64,000 nt of DNA, from assembly GCA_004028765.1 (NCBI GenBank), contig SAIX01000038.1, forward strand, positions 6,507-70,506, written 5' to 3'. Shown here piece after piece: positions 27,368-37,116 of this stretch (positions are counted from its first letter, which is position 1; each line of letters starts with the position of its first letter). The position numbers and the translations under genes were made by a program. The DNA is from Chitinophagaceae bacterium (GTDB taxonomy: Bacteria > Bacteroidota > Bacteroidia > Chitinophagales > Chitinophagaceae). The notes beneath the pieces are model-generated. The model was not told where the DNA came from. It did not search any database and saw nothing but the letters and a program-made list of their open reading frames with translations.

Positions 27368-30300
27368 TCAACCCACCACACCCACATTTACTTCCACATC
27401 CGGGTTGTCGAGTAAGAATTCAGCCATTTCCTCATTCATCTGGAACCCGCGTTCAAAAGAAGTGAGGGTTACTTTCAGGTTGTCTCTCGGTTCGAGGATA
27501 TTGAATTTGAGTGAGGCTTTGCCCGGGTTGCGCCGCAGATTCTTATCAAGAAAATCCACAAAATCAGGCGTGATGGATGCAGGATGGACATTGATCTCGA
27601 CAGAACGCGTGAGGTTCTGTTTCACCGTTTCGAGCAGTGACATGGTATTGATCTTGAAATCAAATTCATCCGGCCGGTTATAGCGCGGGCGAAAGAAACC
27701 ATTGAGCAGGATATTCTGTCCTTTCTCGAGGTAATTCTGGAATTTGATATAATCCTCGCTCCATAAAATAAATTCTGTTTTCCCCGTAAAATCCTCGATC
27801 ACGAATGAACCGAAATTCTTACCCGTTTTGGTAACACGGTGCTGTACATCGATCACGAGCCCTGCCACGCGCAAACCTTTACCGGGATTGGGTTGCAGGT
27901 GTAGGGTGTCTTTGATTTCATTAAAATCACTGATACGGGTGATGCCATAATGTTTTAACTCGAATTTGAAATGATCCAGCGGGTGGCCGCTCATGAACAT
28001 ACCCGTCACTTCTTTTTCATGATCGAGTAACTCGGTTAAAGTCCAGGGTTCACAATTGGGTATTTTAGGTGCCTGCACCTGCATGGCATGCGAGAGGTCG
28101 CCGAATAATGTGTTGGCCGTTCCTGCAGCGCTCTGCTGTGCCTGGCCATATGCGATGATGCGCTCCAGTCCGTTTTGTCTTTCGTTTTCAGGTGTATAAA
28201 AATACTGGGCGCGGTGGTAGGCAGTAAAACAATCGAATGCACCGGAATAGGCAAGGCTTTCGAGTGATTTTTTATTGACGTTTTTCTGCAGCACACGTTT
28301 GATAAAATCAAATATGTCTTTGTAAGAACCATTTTTTTCTCTCTCGGCAATTACCGTATCCACTGCCGCATCGCCAACGCCTTTTAATCCGCCCAAACCA
28401 AAACGGATCTCGCCACGCTGGTTTACGGCAAAACCTTTCAGCGATTCATTGATATCCGGCCCAAGTACTTTAATACCCATCCGTTTGCACTCTTCCATAA
28501 AGAAAGTGATCTTCTCAATCGCACCGGCATGATTCAATACTGCCGACATATATTCACCGGGATAATGTGCTTTGAGATAAGCGGTTTGGTAAGCCACAAA
28601 CGCATAACAGGTGGAGTGAGATTTATTAAATGCATATTGCGCAAATGCTTCCCAGTCGCTCCATATTTTTTCCAGTTTATCAGCGGGGTATCCTTTGGCA
28701 GTGGCGCCCGTTATAAACTGTGCTTTCATTTTATCCAGGACTGCTTTCTGTTTTTTCCCCATCGCTTTCCGCAACACATCGGCATCACCTTTGGTAAAAC
28801 CCGCCAGGCTCTGGCTTAACAGCATCACCTGCTCCTGGTACACGGTAATACCATAGGTTTCCTCGAGGTATTCCTTCATATCATCGAGGTCATAGCTGAT
28901 GGCTTCGCGGCCATGTTTGCGGTCGATGAATTTGGGAATGTAAGCGATAGGGCCGGGGCGGTACAGGGCGTTCATCGCAATGAGGTCGTCAAATTTATCC
29001 GGCTTCAGTTCGCGTAAATATTTCTGCATCCCCACGCTTTCAAACTGGAATGTGGCATTGGTTTCACCGCGCTGGTATAACTGGTAGGTTTTTTCATCAT
29101 CCAGCGGGATGGTATCGAGATCGATCTCCACGCCATGATTCTGTTTGATCATCTCCAGTGCAGTTTTCAGGATGGAAAGGGTTTTCAGTCCCAGGAAGTC
29201 CATCTTTATTACACCTGCTTCTTCAATTACACTGCCTTCGATCTGTGTTACCCACAATGCAGAATCTTTTGCGGTGGCAACGGGCAATAATTCCGTTAAA
29301 TCTTTTGGTGCAATGATGATACCTGCCGCATGGATACCGGTGTTGCGGACAGAGCCTTCCAAGCGCTCAGCTTCTTTTAATACCTGGGCCCGGATATCGT
29401 TGCCATTGTATATTTCGCGGATCTTTTTTACATTTTCAATATCATCTGCCTGGTACGCTTCTTTTTCTTCGAGTGATTTTTCGCCTTCTTTGGCAGTGAG
29501 TGGTGCGTGCAATACACGCCGAAGTTCCGTTCCGGGTTTATCGGGTACCAGTTTCGCGAGCATATTGCTTTCTGCCAGCGGCAGATCCAGTACACGGGCC
29601 ACATCTTTGATACTCATTTTTGCAGCCATCGTACCATACGTAATGATCTGTGCTACCTGCGCCTTGCCGTATTTATCCACTACATAGTCGATCACTTTTT
29701 GCCGGCCTTCATCATCAAAATCCGTATCGATATCGGGCATGCTCTTCCGATCGGGGTTAAGGAACCTTTCGAAAAGGAGATTGTATTTGATGGGATCGAT
29801 ATTGGTGATGCCGATACAATACGCCACCACGCTTCCTGCAGCCGATCCCCGGCCCGGGCCAACAAACACACCCATATCGCGCCCTGCCTTGATAAAATCG
29901 CTTACGATCAGGAAGTAACCGGCAAAGCCCATTGTTTTGATGGTGAACAATTCAAAATCGATGCGTTCCTGTGTTTCAGCAGTGATTTCATGGTAGCGTT
30001 CTTTGGCCCCTTCGTAGGTAATATGTTTGAGGTATTCCCACTGGTTCAGGTTGGCATCTTCATGCACCTGGAATTCTTTCGGAATGGGGAAGGCGGGAAG
30101 CAGGATGTCTTTTTTCAGGTTCAGGATTTCCACCTTGTCAACAATGGCCTGTGTGTTTTCCAGTGATTCAGGTATGTCACTGAAAAGCTGCCCCATTTCT
30201 TCCGTGGTTTTGAAATAGAACTGATCATTCGGAAATTTAAAACGCCTGTTCTTTACCTGGATATCATCATTTACAAAATCATCAAATCCCGGTGTGCTCT

Positions 30301-31039
30301 GTTTTTCGCCGGTATTGATACAGAGAAGGATATCATGCGCATTGGAATCGGCTTTGTCGACGTAGTGACTGTCGTTCGTTGCGATCACCGGTACATTGTA
30401 TTTCTTCGAAAATTTCAGCAGGGTCTGGTTGATCAGTTCCTGTTCTTTGATATTGTGCCGCTGCAGTTCGATATAATAATCTTCCCCGAACAGATCGAGC
30501 CACCATTTGAATTCCTGTTCCGCTTTTGCTTCGCCATCATGCAGGATGGTTTGGGGCACATAGGCGCCGATGCAGCAGGTGGTAGCTATTAAGCCCTTGT
30601 GGTATTGTTCGATCAATTCTTTATCGATACGCGGGTATTTGCTGTACATCCCCTGGATAAAACCGAGGGAAGTAAGTTTTACGAGATTCTGGTAACCCGT
30701 TTTGTTTTTGGCGAGCAATACCTGGTGATAGCGTTCGTCCTTTACATCTTTGGTGAATGATTTTGCATGCCTGTCGCGCACCACATAGAACTCGCAGCCC
30801 ACGATAGGTTTCACCACTGGCTCCACGATGTCTTTCCCATTGGCATCTTTACCGGTTACTTTGGTATTCTTCCAGGCCTGGCTCACAAAATTGAATGCGC
30901 CGAACATATTCCCGTGGTCGGTGATGGCAAGTGCTGGCATCCCGTCTTTCATGGCTTTTTTGTAAAGGCTGTCGATCGGTGCAGCGCCATCGAGCAACGA
31001 ATACTGGGTGTGAACATGAAGATGGGAGAACTGGGGCAT
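27368..31039 (-). CDS. dnaE: DNA polymerase III alpha subunit
   Basis: PHP domain (HLHVHTQYSLLDG, TDHGNMFG), GRGSAAGS, PDIDTDF, YAFNKSH. 1223 aa with no intein-sized insert. Confidence 0.99.
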   Translation of the reverse strand: MPQFSHLHVHTQYSLLDGAAPIDSLYKKAMKDGMPALAITDHGNMFGAFNFVSQAWKNTKVTGKDANGKDIVEPVVKPIVGCEFYVVRDRHAKSFTKDVKDERYHQVLLAKNKTGYQNLVKLTSLGFIQGMYSKYPRIDKELIEQYHKGLIATTCCIGAYVPQTILHDGEAKAEQEFKWWLDLFGEDYYIELQRHNIKEQELINQTLLKFSKKYNVPVIATNDSHYVDKADSNAHDILLCINTGEKQSTPGFDDFVNDDIQVKNRRFKFPNDQFYFKTTEEMGQLFSDIPESLENTQAIVDKVEILNLKKDILLPAFPIPKEFQVHEDANLNQWEYLKHITYEGAKERYHEITAETQERIDFELFTIKTMGFAGYFLIVSDFIKAGRDMGVFVGPGRGSAAGSVVAYCIGITNIDPIKYNLLFERFLNPDRKSMPDIDTDFDDEGRQKVIDYVVDKYGKAQVAQIITYGTMAAKMSIKDVARVLDLPLAESNMLAKLVPDKPGTELRRVLHAPLTAKEGEKSLEEKEAYQADDIENVKKIREIYNGNDIRAQVLKEAERLEGSVRNTGIHAAGIIIAPKDLTELLPVATAKDSALWVTQIEGSVIEEAGVIKMDFLGLKTLSILKTALEMIKQNHGVEIDLDTIPLDDEKTYQLYQRGETNATFQFESVGMQKYLRELKPDKFDDLIAMNALYRPGPIAYIPKFIDRKHGREAISYDLDDMKEYLEETYGITVYQEQVMLLSQSLAGFTKGDADVLRKAMGKKQKAVLDKMKAQFITGATAKGYPADKLEKIWSDWEAFAQYAFNKSHSTCYAFVAYQTAYLKAHYPGEYMSAVLNHAGAIEKITFFMEECKRMGIKVLGPDINESLKGFAVNQRGEIRFGLGGLKGVGDAAVDTVIAEREKNGSYKDIFDFIKRVLQKNVNKKSLESLAYSGAFDCFTAYHRAQYFYTPENERQNGLERIIAYGQAQQSAAGTANTLFGDLSHAMQVQAPKIPNCEPWTLTELLDHEKEVTGMFMSGHPLDHFKFELKHYGITRISDFNEIKDTLHLQPNPGKGLRVAGLVIDVQHRVTKTGKNFGSFVIEDFTGKTEFILWSEDYIKFQNYLEKGQNILLNGFFRPRYNRPDEFDFKINTMSLLETVKQNLTRSVEINVHPASITPDFVDFLDKNLRRNPGKASLKFNILEPRDNLKVTLTSFERGFQMNEEMAEFLLDNPDVEVNVGVVG

Positions 31040-31044
31040 TATAT

Positions 31045-31079
31045 GAGTTAGGAGTTAAAAGTTACGAGTTAGGAGTGGA
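31045..31079. repeat. Heptamer array (GAGTTAG), 5 units, in the dnaE 5' region
   Basis: gagttag-gagttaa-aagttac-gagttag-gagtgga, 5 nt from the dnaE start codon. Confidence 0.75.
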
Positions 31080-31117
31080 CAAATATCGTTAGAAAGGGGG
31101 CGGGAGAGAAGGGGGAA

Positions 31118-31189
31118 TTTTCCACAGGCTGATTGAACGGTTATCCACATCGGGTCCATTAGCGGGTAAAAATGCGAAAGTTATCCAGT
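31118..31189 (+). promoter_or_regulatory. DnaA-box cluster upstream of dnaE
   Basis: TTTTCCACA (31118-31126), TTATCCACA (31141-31149) and degenerate TTATCCAGT (31181-31189), all in the same orientation. Confidence 0.55.
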
Positions 31190-31235
31190 TTCACCAGTTT
31201 TAACATTCAGGGATTTTAAATTGCTTTGCCGCAAT

Positions 31236-31964
31236 ATGAAACCTTATTTTCTTAGTTCGTGTGTTTTATGCATGCTGATTTTCAGCAGCTGCAGTTCGGT
31301 AAAAAAAATATCGTCGAAAGACAGTAATGCCACGGCAACAACTCCCCCCAAAAACAGGAATACCGGTAAACGCGAATTTATCAATGGCATTGAAGTAACG
31401 CCGGGAGGAATGGTGAGCAATAATAAGGAAAAGAAAACAGCGGTGAATGCAAAAAAAACGGATGCAGCCGGTAAGCAGACTGTTCAGAAAGGAGCGCCCG
31501 ATGTATCGCTTTCCAACCCCGGCAATATTGAGAATGCGCATATGCTACAGTTAAAATATGCGATAGCAACTGATGCCACAGTTGAGAAGATGACCAATAT
31601 CCCTTTGCTTACCGTGATCGATAAATGGTGGGGAACCCGTTACTGTATGGGCGGCAGCACTGATAACTGTATCGATTGCTCTGCTTTTACCCAGGTGGTT
31701 TACCGCGATGTATGGAGTGTACTGTTACCACGTACGGCACAGGAGCAATATAATATGGCTGAAAAAATTGACCTGGAAGAATTGAGAGAAGGTGACCTTG
31801 TATTTTTTAATACCGGCGGCAGGGATATTTCGCATGTAGGAATTTACCTGCTCAATAACAAATTTGTACATGCGGCCACCAGTGGCGGTGTGATGATCAG
31901 CGACCTCAATGAAAAGTACTGGCAACCGAAATTCAGGGGAGCAGGGAGGGTGAAGGTCAATTAA
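31236..31964 (+). CDS. NlpC/P60 (C40) peptidase lipoprotein
   Basis: Lipobox FSS-C; IDCSAF, LPRTA, GDLVFF, SHVGIY, FVHA. Start moved to 31236. Confidence 0.92.
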   Translation: MKPYFLSSCVLCMLIFSSCSSVKKISSKDSNATATTPPKNRNTGKREFINGIEVTPGGMVSNNKEKKTAVNAKKTDAAGKQTVQKGAPDVSLSNPGNIENAHMLQLKYAIATDATVEKMTNIPLLTVIDKWWGTRYCMGGSTDNCIDCSAFTQVVYRDVWSVLLPRTAQEQYNMAEKIDLEELREGDLVFFNTGGRDISHVGIYLLNNKFVHAATSGGVMISDLNEKYWQPKFRGAGRVKVN

Positions 31965-32000
31965 GAATTAAGAATGAAGAATTACCAATTAAGAATTATT
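31959..32000. repeat. Heptamer array (AATTAAG), 6 units, filling the gap between two convergent stops
   Basis: aattaag-aattaag-aatgaag-aattacc-aattaag-aattatt. Confidence 0.8.
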
Positions 32001-33525
32001 GATTCCGGAATTTTTTGAGGCGGGTTACAAATACTTCGTATAACTGTCCGGCATCGGGGGTGAGTTTGAGATAGAAGATACCCGTGATCATCAGCAATGA
32101 AAAAAGAGTTGTCCGGAGAATCAGTCCGGCCCAGCCATGCATATCCTTCATCAGCAAATAACAAACCAGGTACCCGCCCGCAGCAAGCAATAATGAATAA
32201 AGGGTTTTAATGGTAAACGGCTGCATATTGAATTTGCGCCGCAGAAATTCATACCGTATAAAATTATATACCGCATAAGCAGCCAGTTCAGCCGCGGCAG
32301 AACCGATGATCCCATAGGTCTTGATCAGGAAATAAGTGAGCGGCAAACGGAATGCGAGTAATACCACCCCGCTGTAAAAATCAAAACGCCAGAATGTGGA
32401 AGTATTGATCACCATTGCATTTAAACCGGTGCCTGCATCAATGATCCTTACCATGCCGAGTATCAATAACACACCAAGCCCCTGTTCGTATTCGGCCTGG
32501 ATATGCAGCACTTTCATTGCATCCGCAATATTCAGCCATAAGTTCCCGAAAATAAATAAAGACAAAAGCAAGAGGTTAATACATGACCTGCTGTAGATGC
32601 GACTGATCTCTTTATAGTTTTTATCCTTCCATGCCCTTGACAAAATGCCTGCAGAGATCGACTGAATACTTCTTTGCGGTACCTGTATCAGGTTTGCGGC
32701 ATATTGTGCAAATACAAAAATCCCGGTAGCCGTTAACCCTTTCAGGCTCGCAATGATCAGGCTGTCGATGGTTGCGGCAACAGCAGCTATTACTGTTCCA
32801 CCAAATATCAGGCCCTGCATGGCCAGCAGTTTTTTTCTGAATTTCCGTGTAACACGGCTTACCTTGAAAGTGAGGTGTACATGCCCGGTTCTGATCAGAT
32901 AAATCAATAATACAAGGAATACCACGAGGTACTGAAATGCAAACAGGTAAATAAATACCGGGAAACTGATCGCACGGAAATAATACAGCAGGATGATGAC
33001 AGTTGTGAGCAGCCTTAAACCGGTTTCTTTCAGGAAATTGGAAACCACTGAACGATTCACAGCCCAGCAAAAACTTTCAATCACGGAAAAAAACAACATG
33101 CCCATCGCAAAGGGGAAAAGCCAGAAATAATAATCGACCACCAGTTGCGAGCGCTCTGAGAATTTGCGGATGAACAAAGGTTCGAAATACCATCCTCCTA
33201 ATAACATCAGTAAAAAACCGATGAAAGATATTACGAGTGCCCAGCTGAGAAGGTCGATCTTATTTTCAGGGAGATTGTCTTTATAGTAGGGATAAAATTT
33301 GTACACAACCGGTATCACACCCAGTGAGCCAAATGCAAACATGATCTGCCCGGAATCAAAAAAAATACGGGTCAACGCATATTGATCCGGTGTAAAAATA
33401 TTGCCATCCTTATAAAAGAAAAAAGGACTGGTACTTGTATAAAAATACATATTGATCAGTCCCACGAGAAAACCGAGATATACGAGTGTGCTTGATATAA
33501 TGGTTTGCTTGCGAAGACTGCCCAT
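31996..33525 (-). CDS. Polysaccharide flippase-like membrane protein (Wzx/MurJ superfamily)
   Basis: MGSLRKQTIISS start and many TM helices. The upstream ORF-track extension is translated repeat, so the start was moved to 33525. Confidence 0.75.
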   Translation of the reverse strand: MGSLRKQTIISSTLVYLGFLVGLINMYFYTSTSPFFFYKDGNIFTPDQYALTRIFFDSGQIMFAFGSLGVIPVVYKFYPYYKDNLPENKIDLLSWALVISFIGFLLMLLGGWYFEPLFIRKFSERSQLVVDYYFWLFPFAMGMLFFSVIESFCWAVNRSVVSNFLKETGLRLLTTVIILLYYFRAISFPVFIYLFAFQYLVVFLVLLIYLIRTGHVHLTFKVSRVTRKFRKKLLAMQGLIFGGTVIAAVAATIDSLIIASLKGLTATGIFVFAQYAANLIQVPQRSIQSISAGILSRAWKDKNYKEISRIYSRSCINLLLLSLFIFGNLWLNIADAMKVLHIQAEYEQGLGVLLILGMVRIIDAGTGLNAMVINTSTFWRFDFYSGVVLLAFRLPLTYFLIKTYGIIGSAAAELAAYAVYNFIRYEFLRRKFNMQPFTIKTLYSLLLAAGGYLVCYLLMKDMHGWAGLILRTTLFSLLMITGIFYLKLTPDAGQLYEVFVTRLKKFRNQ

Positions 33526-33530
33526 GAAGG

Positions 33531-33565
33531 AATTAAGAATTAAGAATTGAAAATCAAAAATGATC
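33531..33565. repeat. Heptamer array (AATTAAG), 5 units, upstream of the flippase gene
   Basis: aattaag-aattaag-aattgaa-aatcaaa-aatgatc; same unit and orientation as 31959-32000. Confidence 0.75.
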
Positions 33566-33569
33566 GCGA

Positions 33570-35252
33570 TCAATCCAGTGAACTTACCTGTTTAACGGTT
33601 AGATAATACATTTTTTCGATCTCTGCTATGGGCAATTGTCCGAGTTCGCCGGGACGTAATTCTTTGGTGTTCCATTTATTCGATTCAGCACCGAGTAGTA
33701 AGCCTCCTGTGGGTGTAGAGAGATATACCGGAAGATTAAACCCATCCACACAATTTGTATAACGGTACGAAAACTGTTTTTTATCAGGCGAAATATGGTA
33801 TTCAAATACAGGTATCTGCGTGGTATGCAGGTACTGATCAAATATTTTGGAAAGGCTGTATCCGAAATAACTGCTCATCAGTTTCTGGATATCTTCCGTT
33901 GTTACTGTTTTATGGTAAAAGGTTTTATTGAGAGCATGCAGCATATCCCTGAACTTCTCATCATCATGCATCGCATGGCGGATGCTGTGGAGCATATTCC
34001 CGGATTTGGGATACATATCACCGCTGCCTTCCTTATTCACACCATAAGGCCCGATAATGGGCCGGTCATTATGAATGCCTTTGCGGCTCCCATAATTGTA
34101 TTCATTGCCTGCCTGTTTGCCGAAAACATATTCTGTAAAAAGGGTTTCGGAATAATTGGTGAAACCTTCGTGTATCCACATATCAGCGAGGTCTTTACTG
34201 GTAATGCTGTTGGCAAACCATTCGTGCCCGCTTTCATGTACAATGATAAAATCCCATTTCAATCCCCAGCCGCTGCCGCTCAGGTCGCGGCCGAGATATC
34301 CGTTCATATACTTATTGCCATAAGCCACTGCACTCTGGTGTTCCATACCAAGGTGGGGCGCATCTACAAGTTTATAACTGTCTTCGTAAAAAGGATAAGG
34401 CCCGAACCAGTATTCAAATGCATGCAGCATGGTTTTGGCCTGTTTGAATTGTTCCTTTGCTTTTTCTAGATTGTAATCCAGCACCCAATAACTCAGGTCC
34501 AGTTTTCCTTTCAATCCCATAAGGGTGTCGGTAAAATTTACGTATTTGCCGATATAGGGAATGATGTTGTAATTATTGATGGGGTTCTTTATTTCCCATT
34601 TCCATGTCAGGGTACCCGGCTGAAAACTTTGTTTGCGGGTAAGCCTGCCGTTTCCAACTGCCACCAATGTATCGGGTATAGTGATCATCAGTGAAGCACC
34701 GCTGTCGGGTTCATCACTCTGGTGGTCTTTACAGGGATACCATACGCTGGCTCCCAATCCCTGGCAGGCTGCACTCATCCATGGGCGGCCCTGGGCATCC
34801 TGCTGAAAAATCCATCCCCCATCCCATGGCGGACGTTTTGCTACGCGCGGATTGCCTTCATAACGAAGTGCCAGTGTTTGAACAGACCCTTTTTTAAGTG
34901 CTACAGGGATATCGAGAAGATAAATATTCCCATCTCTTGTATAATTCAGTTTCGTATCACCGAGATAGGCTTTGCTGAGTTGCATGGGTTCCTGCAGGTC
35001 GATCTGCATCTTTTTACCGGGGGCCAGCACTTTAAAACGGATATCCACCTTCCCTTCAATTTTTTTATTGACGAAATCGGGCGTCACAAGAATTGCATAA
35101 TGCATCACATCCCACCAGGTACGGTTGGGGTTTAAACTGCCACGTAAAGTGTCCTGCCGGGTAAACACTTCTTTTTCCATGCCCAATTGGGCAAAGATCT
35201 GGAGAGAAGAAAACAGTAAAACGGCAAATACGGTGTAGCGTTTTGTATTCAT
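33570..35252 (-). CDS. M1 family zinc aminopeptidase, secreted
   Basis: Signal peptide; GMEHQS, VHESGHEW (HExxH), WIHEGF. Confidence 0.9.
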   Translation of the reverse strand: MNTKRYTVFAVLLFSSLQIFAQLGMEKEVFTRQDTLRGSLNPNRTWWDVMHYAILVTPDFVNKKIEGKVDIRFKVLAPGKKMQIDLQEPMQLSKAYLGDTKLNYTRDGNIYLLDIPVALKKGSVQTLALRYEGNPRVAKRPPWDGGWIFQQDAQGRPWMSAACQGLGASVWYPCKDHQSDEPDSGASLMITIPDTLVAVGNGRLTRKQSFQPGTLTWKWEIKNPINNYNIIPYIGKYVNFTDTLMGLKGKLDLSYWVLDYNLEKAKEQFKQAKTMLHAFEYWFGPYPFYEDSYKLVDAPHLGMEHQSAVAYGNKYMNGYLGRDLSGSGWGLKWDFIIVHESGHEWFANSITSKDLADMWIHEGFTNYSETLFTEYVFGKQAGNEYNYGSRKGIHNDRPIIGPYGVNKEGSGDMYPKSGNMLHSIRHAMHDDEKFRDMLHALNKTFYHKTVTTEDIQKLMSSYFGYSLSKIFDQYLHTTQIPVFEYHISPDKKQFSYRYTNCVDGFNLPVYLSTPTGGLLLGAESNKWNTKELRPGELGQLPIAEIEKMYYLTVKQVSSLD

Positions 35253-35279
35253 TGTTTAAAATTATGATATTCGGGGTGC

Positions 35280-36950
35280 ATGAATGTGAAAGAAGCCATA
35301 AATCATCCGCTGCGTTTCAAACATACGATACCTGCCCGGTATTTTTTCTTCCTGTTTTCATTCGTACTGCTTGCCTCCTGCACAGATAAGAAAAAGAACG
35401 ATGCATCGGTATTTACCTATAACGAAACCACCGGTATCGCCACACTTGATCCGGCATTCGCCAAAAACCAGTCGGTCATGTGGCCCGCACACCAGTTATA
35501 TAATACGCTGGTGGAAGTGGATACCTCACTGAATATCGTTCCATCGCTTGCAAAAAAATGGGAAGTGAGTGCTGACCGGAAACAATATGTTTTTCACCTT
35601 CGCGACAGTGTTTTTTTCCAGGACAATGAAGTGTTTCCCGGCGGGAAGGGGAGAAAACTTGTAGCAGCGGATGTGGTGTATAGTTTAGGCCGTATCATCG
35701 ATAAAGCAACGGCCAGCAGCGGTGCCTGGATATTCAATAACCGCGTGGATACATTGCAGCCTTTTGTGGCGTTGAACGACAGTACTTTTGCATTGAATCT
35801 TCTTCGTCCCTTTCATCCCATACTGGGTATTTTAAGCATGCAGTATTGCAGCATTGTTCCTCATGAGGCAGTTGAAAAATGGGGGAAGGATTTCAGGCGG
35901 CATGCCTGTGGTACCGGGCCTTTTCAACTGGTATCATGGGAAGAAGGAGAAGCGCTTGTGATGCATAAAAACCCCAATTACTGGGAAAGAGACAGTTCAG
36001 GAAAAAAACTTCCGTACCTGGATGCAATAAAAGTCACTTTCTTTGATAACAAAGCCACTGAGTTCCTTCAGTTCCGCCAGGGCGCGCTTAGTTTTGTAAA
36101 TGATATCGATCCCTCCTTTAAAGATGAGATACTCACCAAAAGCGGTGAACTGCGCAAACAATGGGAGGGGAAACTGCAATTAAAAAAACATGCTTACCTC
36201 AACACGGAATATTTCGGGATACTGGTTGATGAAAATAACCCGCTGGTAAAAGGCAGCCCAGTGGCCAATAAACTGGTAAGGCAGGCGATGAATTTTTCAC
36301 TAAACCGGAAGCAACTGATGATGTATATGCGCAATTCCATCGGGATACCTGCAGAAGCGGGATTCGTTCCGGGTGGACTGCCTTCACGAAATACAGAACT
36401 TGTAAAAGGATACCCATTTGATCCTGCCAAAGCCAAACAGTTACTGGCAGAAGCGGGATACCCGGAAGGGAAGGGGTTATCAACGGTCAAATTGCTCACC
36501 ATTCCTATCTATGCGGATATCGCAAGTTTTGCTGCAAAACAGATGGAGGAAGCAGGTATCCCTGTTCAGGTGGAAGTGATCCAGAAAAGTTTATTGCTCG
36601 AGCAAACTGCCAAATCGCAGGCATTGTTTTTCCGCGGAAGCTGGATCGCCGATTATCCGGATGCAGAAAATTATATGGCGATGTTTTACAGTAAAAACCC
36701 GGCACCACCCAATTATACGCGCTATAAAAATGCAGCTTTTGATCGTTTGTATGAAAAAGCATTGGAAGAAACCAATGATTCTCTCCGCTATCGTTTGTAC
36801 CGGGAAATGGATCAGATCGTGATCAATGATGCGCCTGTAGTTCCCATTTGGTACGATATGGCGATCCATTTGATACAGCCCAATCTCACCGGCTTTTCAC
36901 CAAATGCGTTGAACCTGCTTGAACTCAGGAGAGTAAGGATTACGAATTAG
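35280..36950 (+). CDS. ABC transporter substrate-binding lipoprotein, family 5 (OppA/DppA-like)
   Basis: Lipobox LAS-C; TLDPA, YNTLV, PSLAKKW, GTGPF, VRQAMN, WIADYPDA. Confidence 0.9.
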   Translation: MNVKEAINHPLRFKHTIPARYFFFLFSFVLLASCTDKKKNDASVFTYNETTGIATLDPAFAKNQSVMWPAHQLYNTLVEVDTSLNIVPSLAKKWEVSADRKQYVFHLRDSVFFQDNEVFPGGKGRKLVAADVVYSLGRIIDKATASSGAWIFNNRVDTLQPFVALNDSTFALNLLRPFHPILGILSMQYCSIVPHEAVEKWGKDFRRHACGTGPFQLVSWEEGEALVMHKNPNYWERDSSGKKLPYLDAIKVTFFDNKATEFLQFRQGALSFVNDIDPSFKDEILTKSGELRKQWEGKLQLKKHAYLNTEYFGILVDENNPLVKGSPVANKLVRQAMNFSLNRKQLMMYMRNSIGIPAEAGFVPGGLPSRNTELVKGYPFDPAKAKQLLAEAGYPEGKGLSTVKLLTIPIYADIASFAAKQMEEAGIPVQVEVIQKSLLLEQTAKSQALFFRGSWIADYPDAENYMAMFYSKNPAPPNYTRYKNAAFDRLYEKALEETNDSLRYRLYREMDQIVINDAPVVPIWYDMAIHLIQPNLTGFSPNALNLLELRRVRITN

Positions 36951-37107
36951 CGAATGGCGAATTACGGATTACCGAATTAAAATTTGTAAACCCTCAGTGT
37001 ACCTCTGTGCCTCCGAGCCTCTGTGGTAAAAAAATACCCTTTAACGAAACCGCATAAAATAAGACTATCCATTCCAGGGATCCATCCATCCGCTAATCCG
37101 CAATCCG
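36936..37107. repeat. Composite element: heptamer arm (CGAATTA/CGGATTA), octamer element copy C, inverted heptamer arm
   Basis: Left arm 36936-36979; cctcagtg-ta-cctctgtg-cctccgag-cctctgtg-gtaaaaaaa at 36992-37034; right arm catccgc-taatccg-caatccg at 37087-37107. Confidence 0.75.
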
Positions 37108-37116
37108 GCAACCTGC

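Noticed and set aside
27368-31039. Intein or split in dnaE
   Set aside because: Continuous ORF of normal length, with no intein N- or C-terminal motifs at the usual insertion sites.
33526-33573. N-terminal extension MIAIIFDFQFLILNSF of the flippase, and similar ORF-track extensions on nusB, trxA, trxB, mutS2, hupE and the esterase
   Set aside because: They are translated repeats, promoter DNA or overlaps with neighbouring genes; downstream ATGs match signal peptides or family N-termini.
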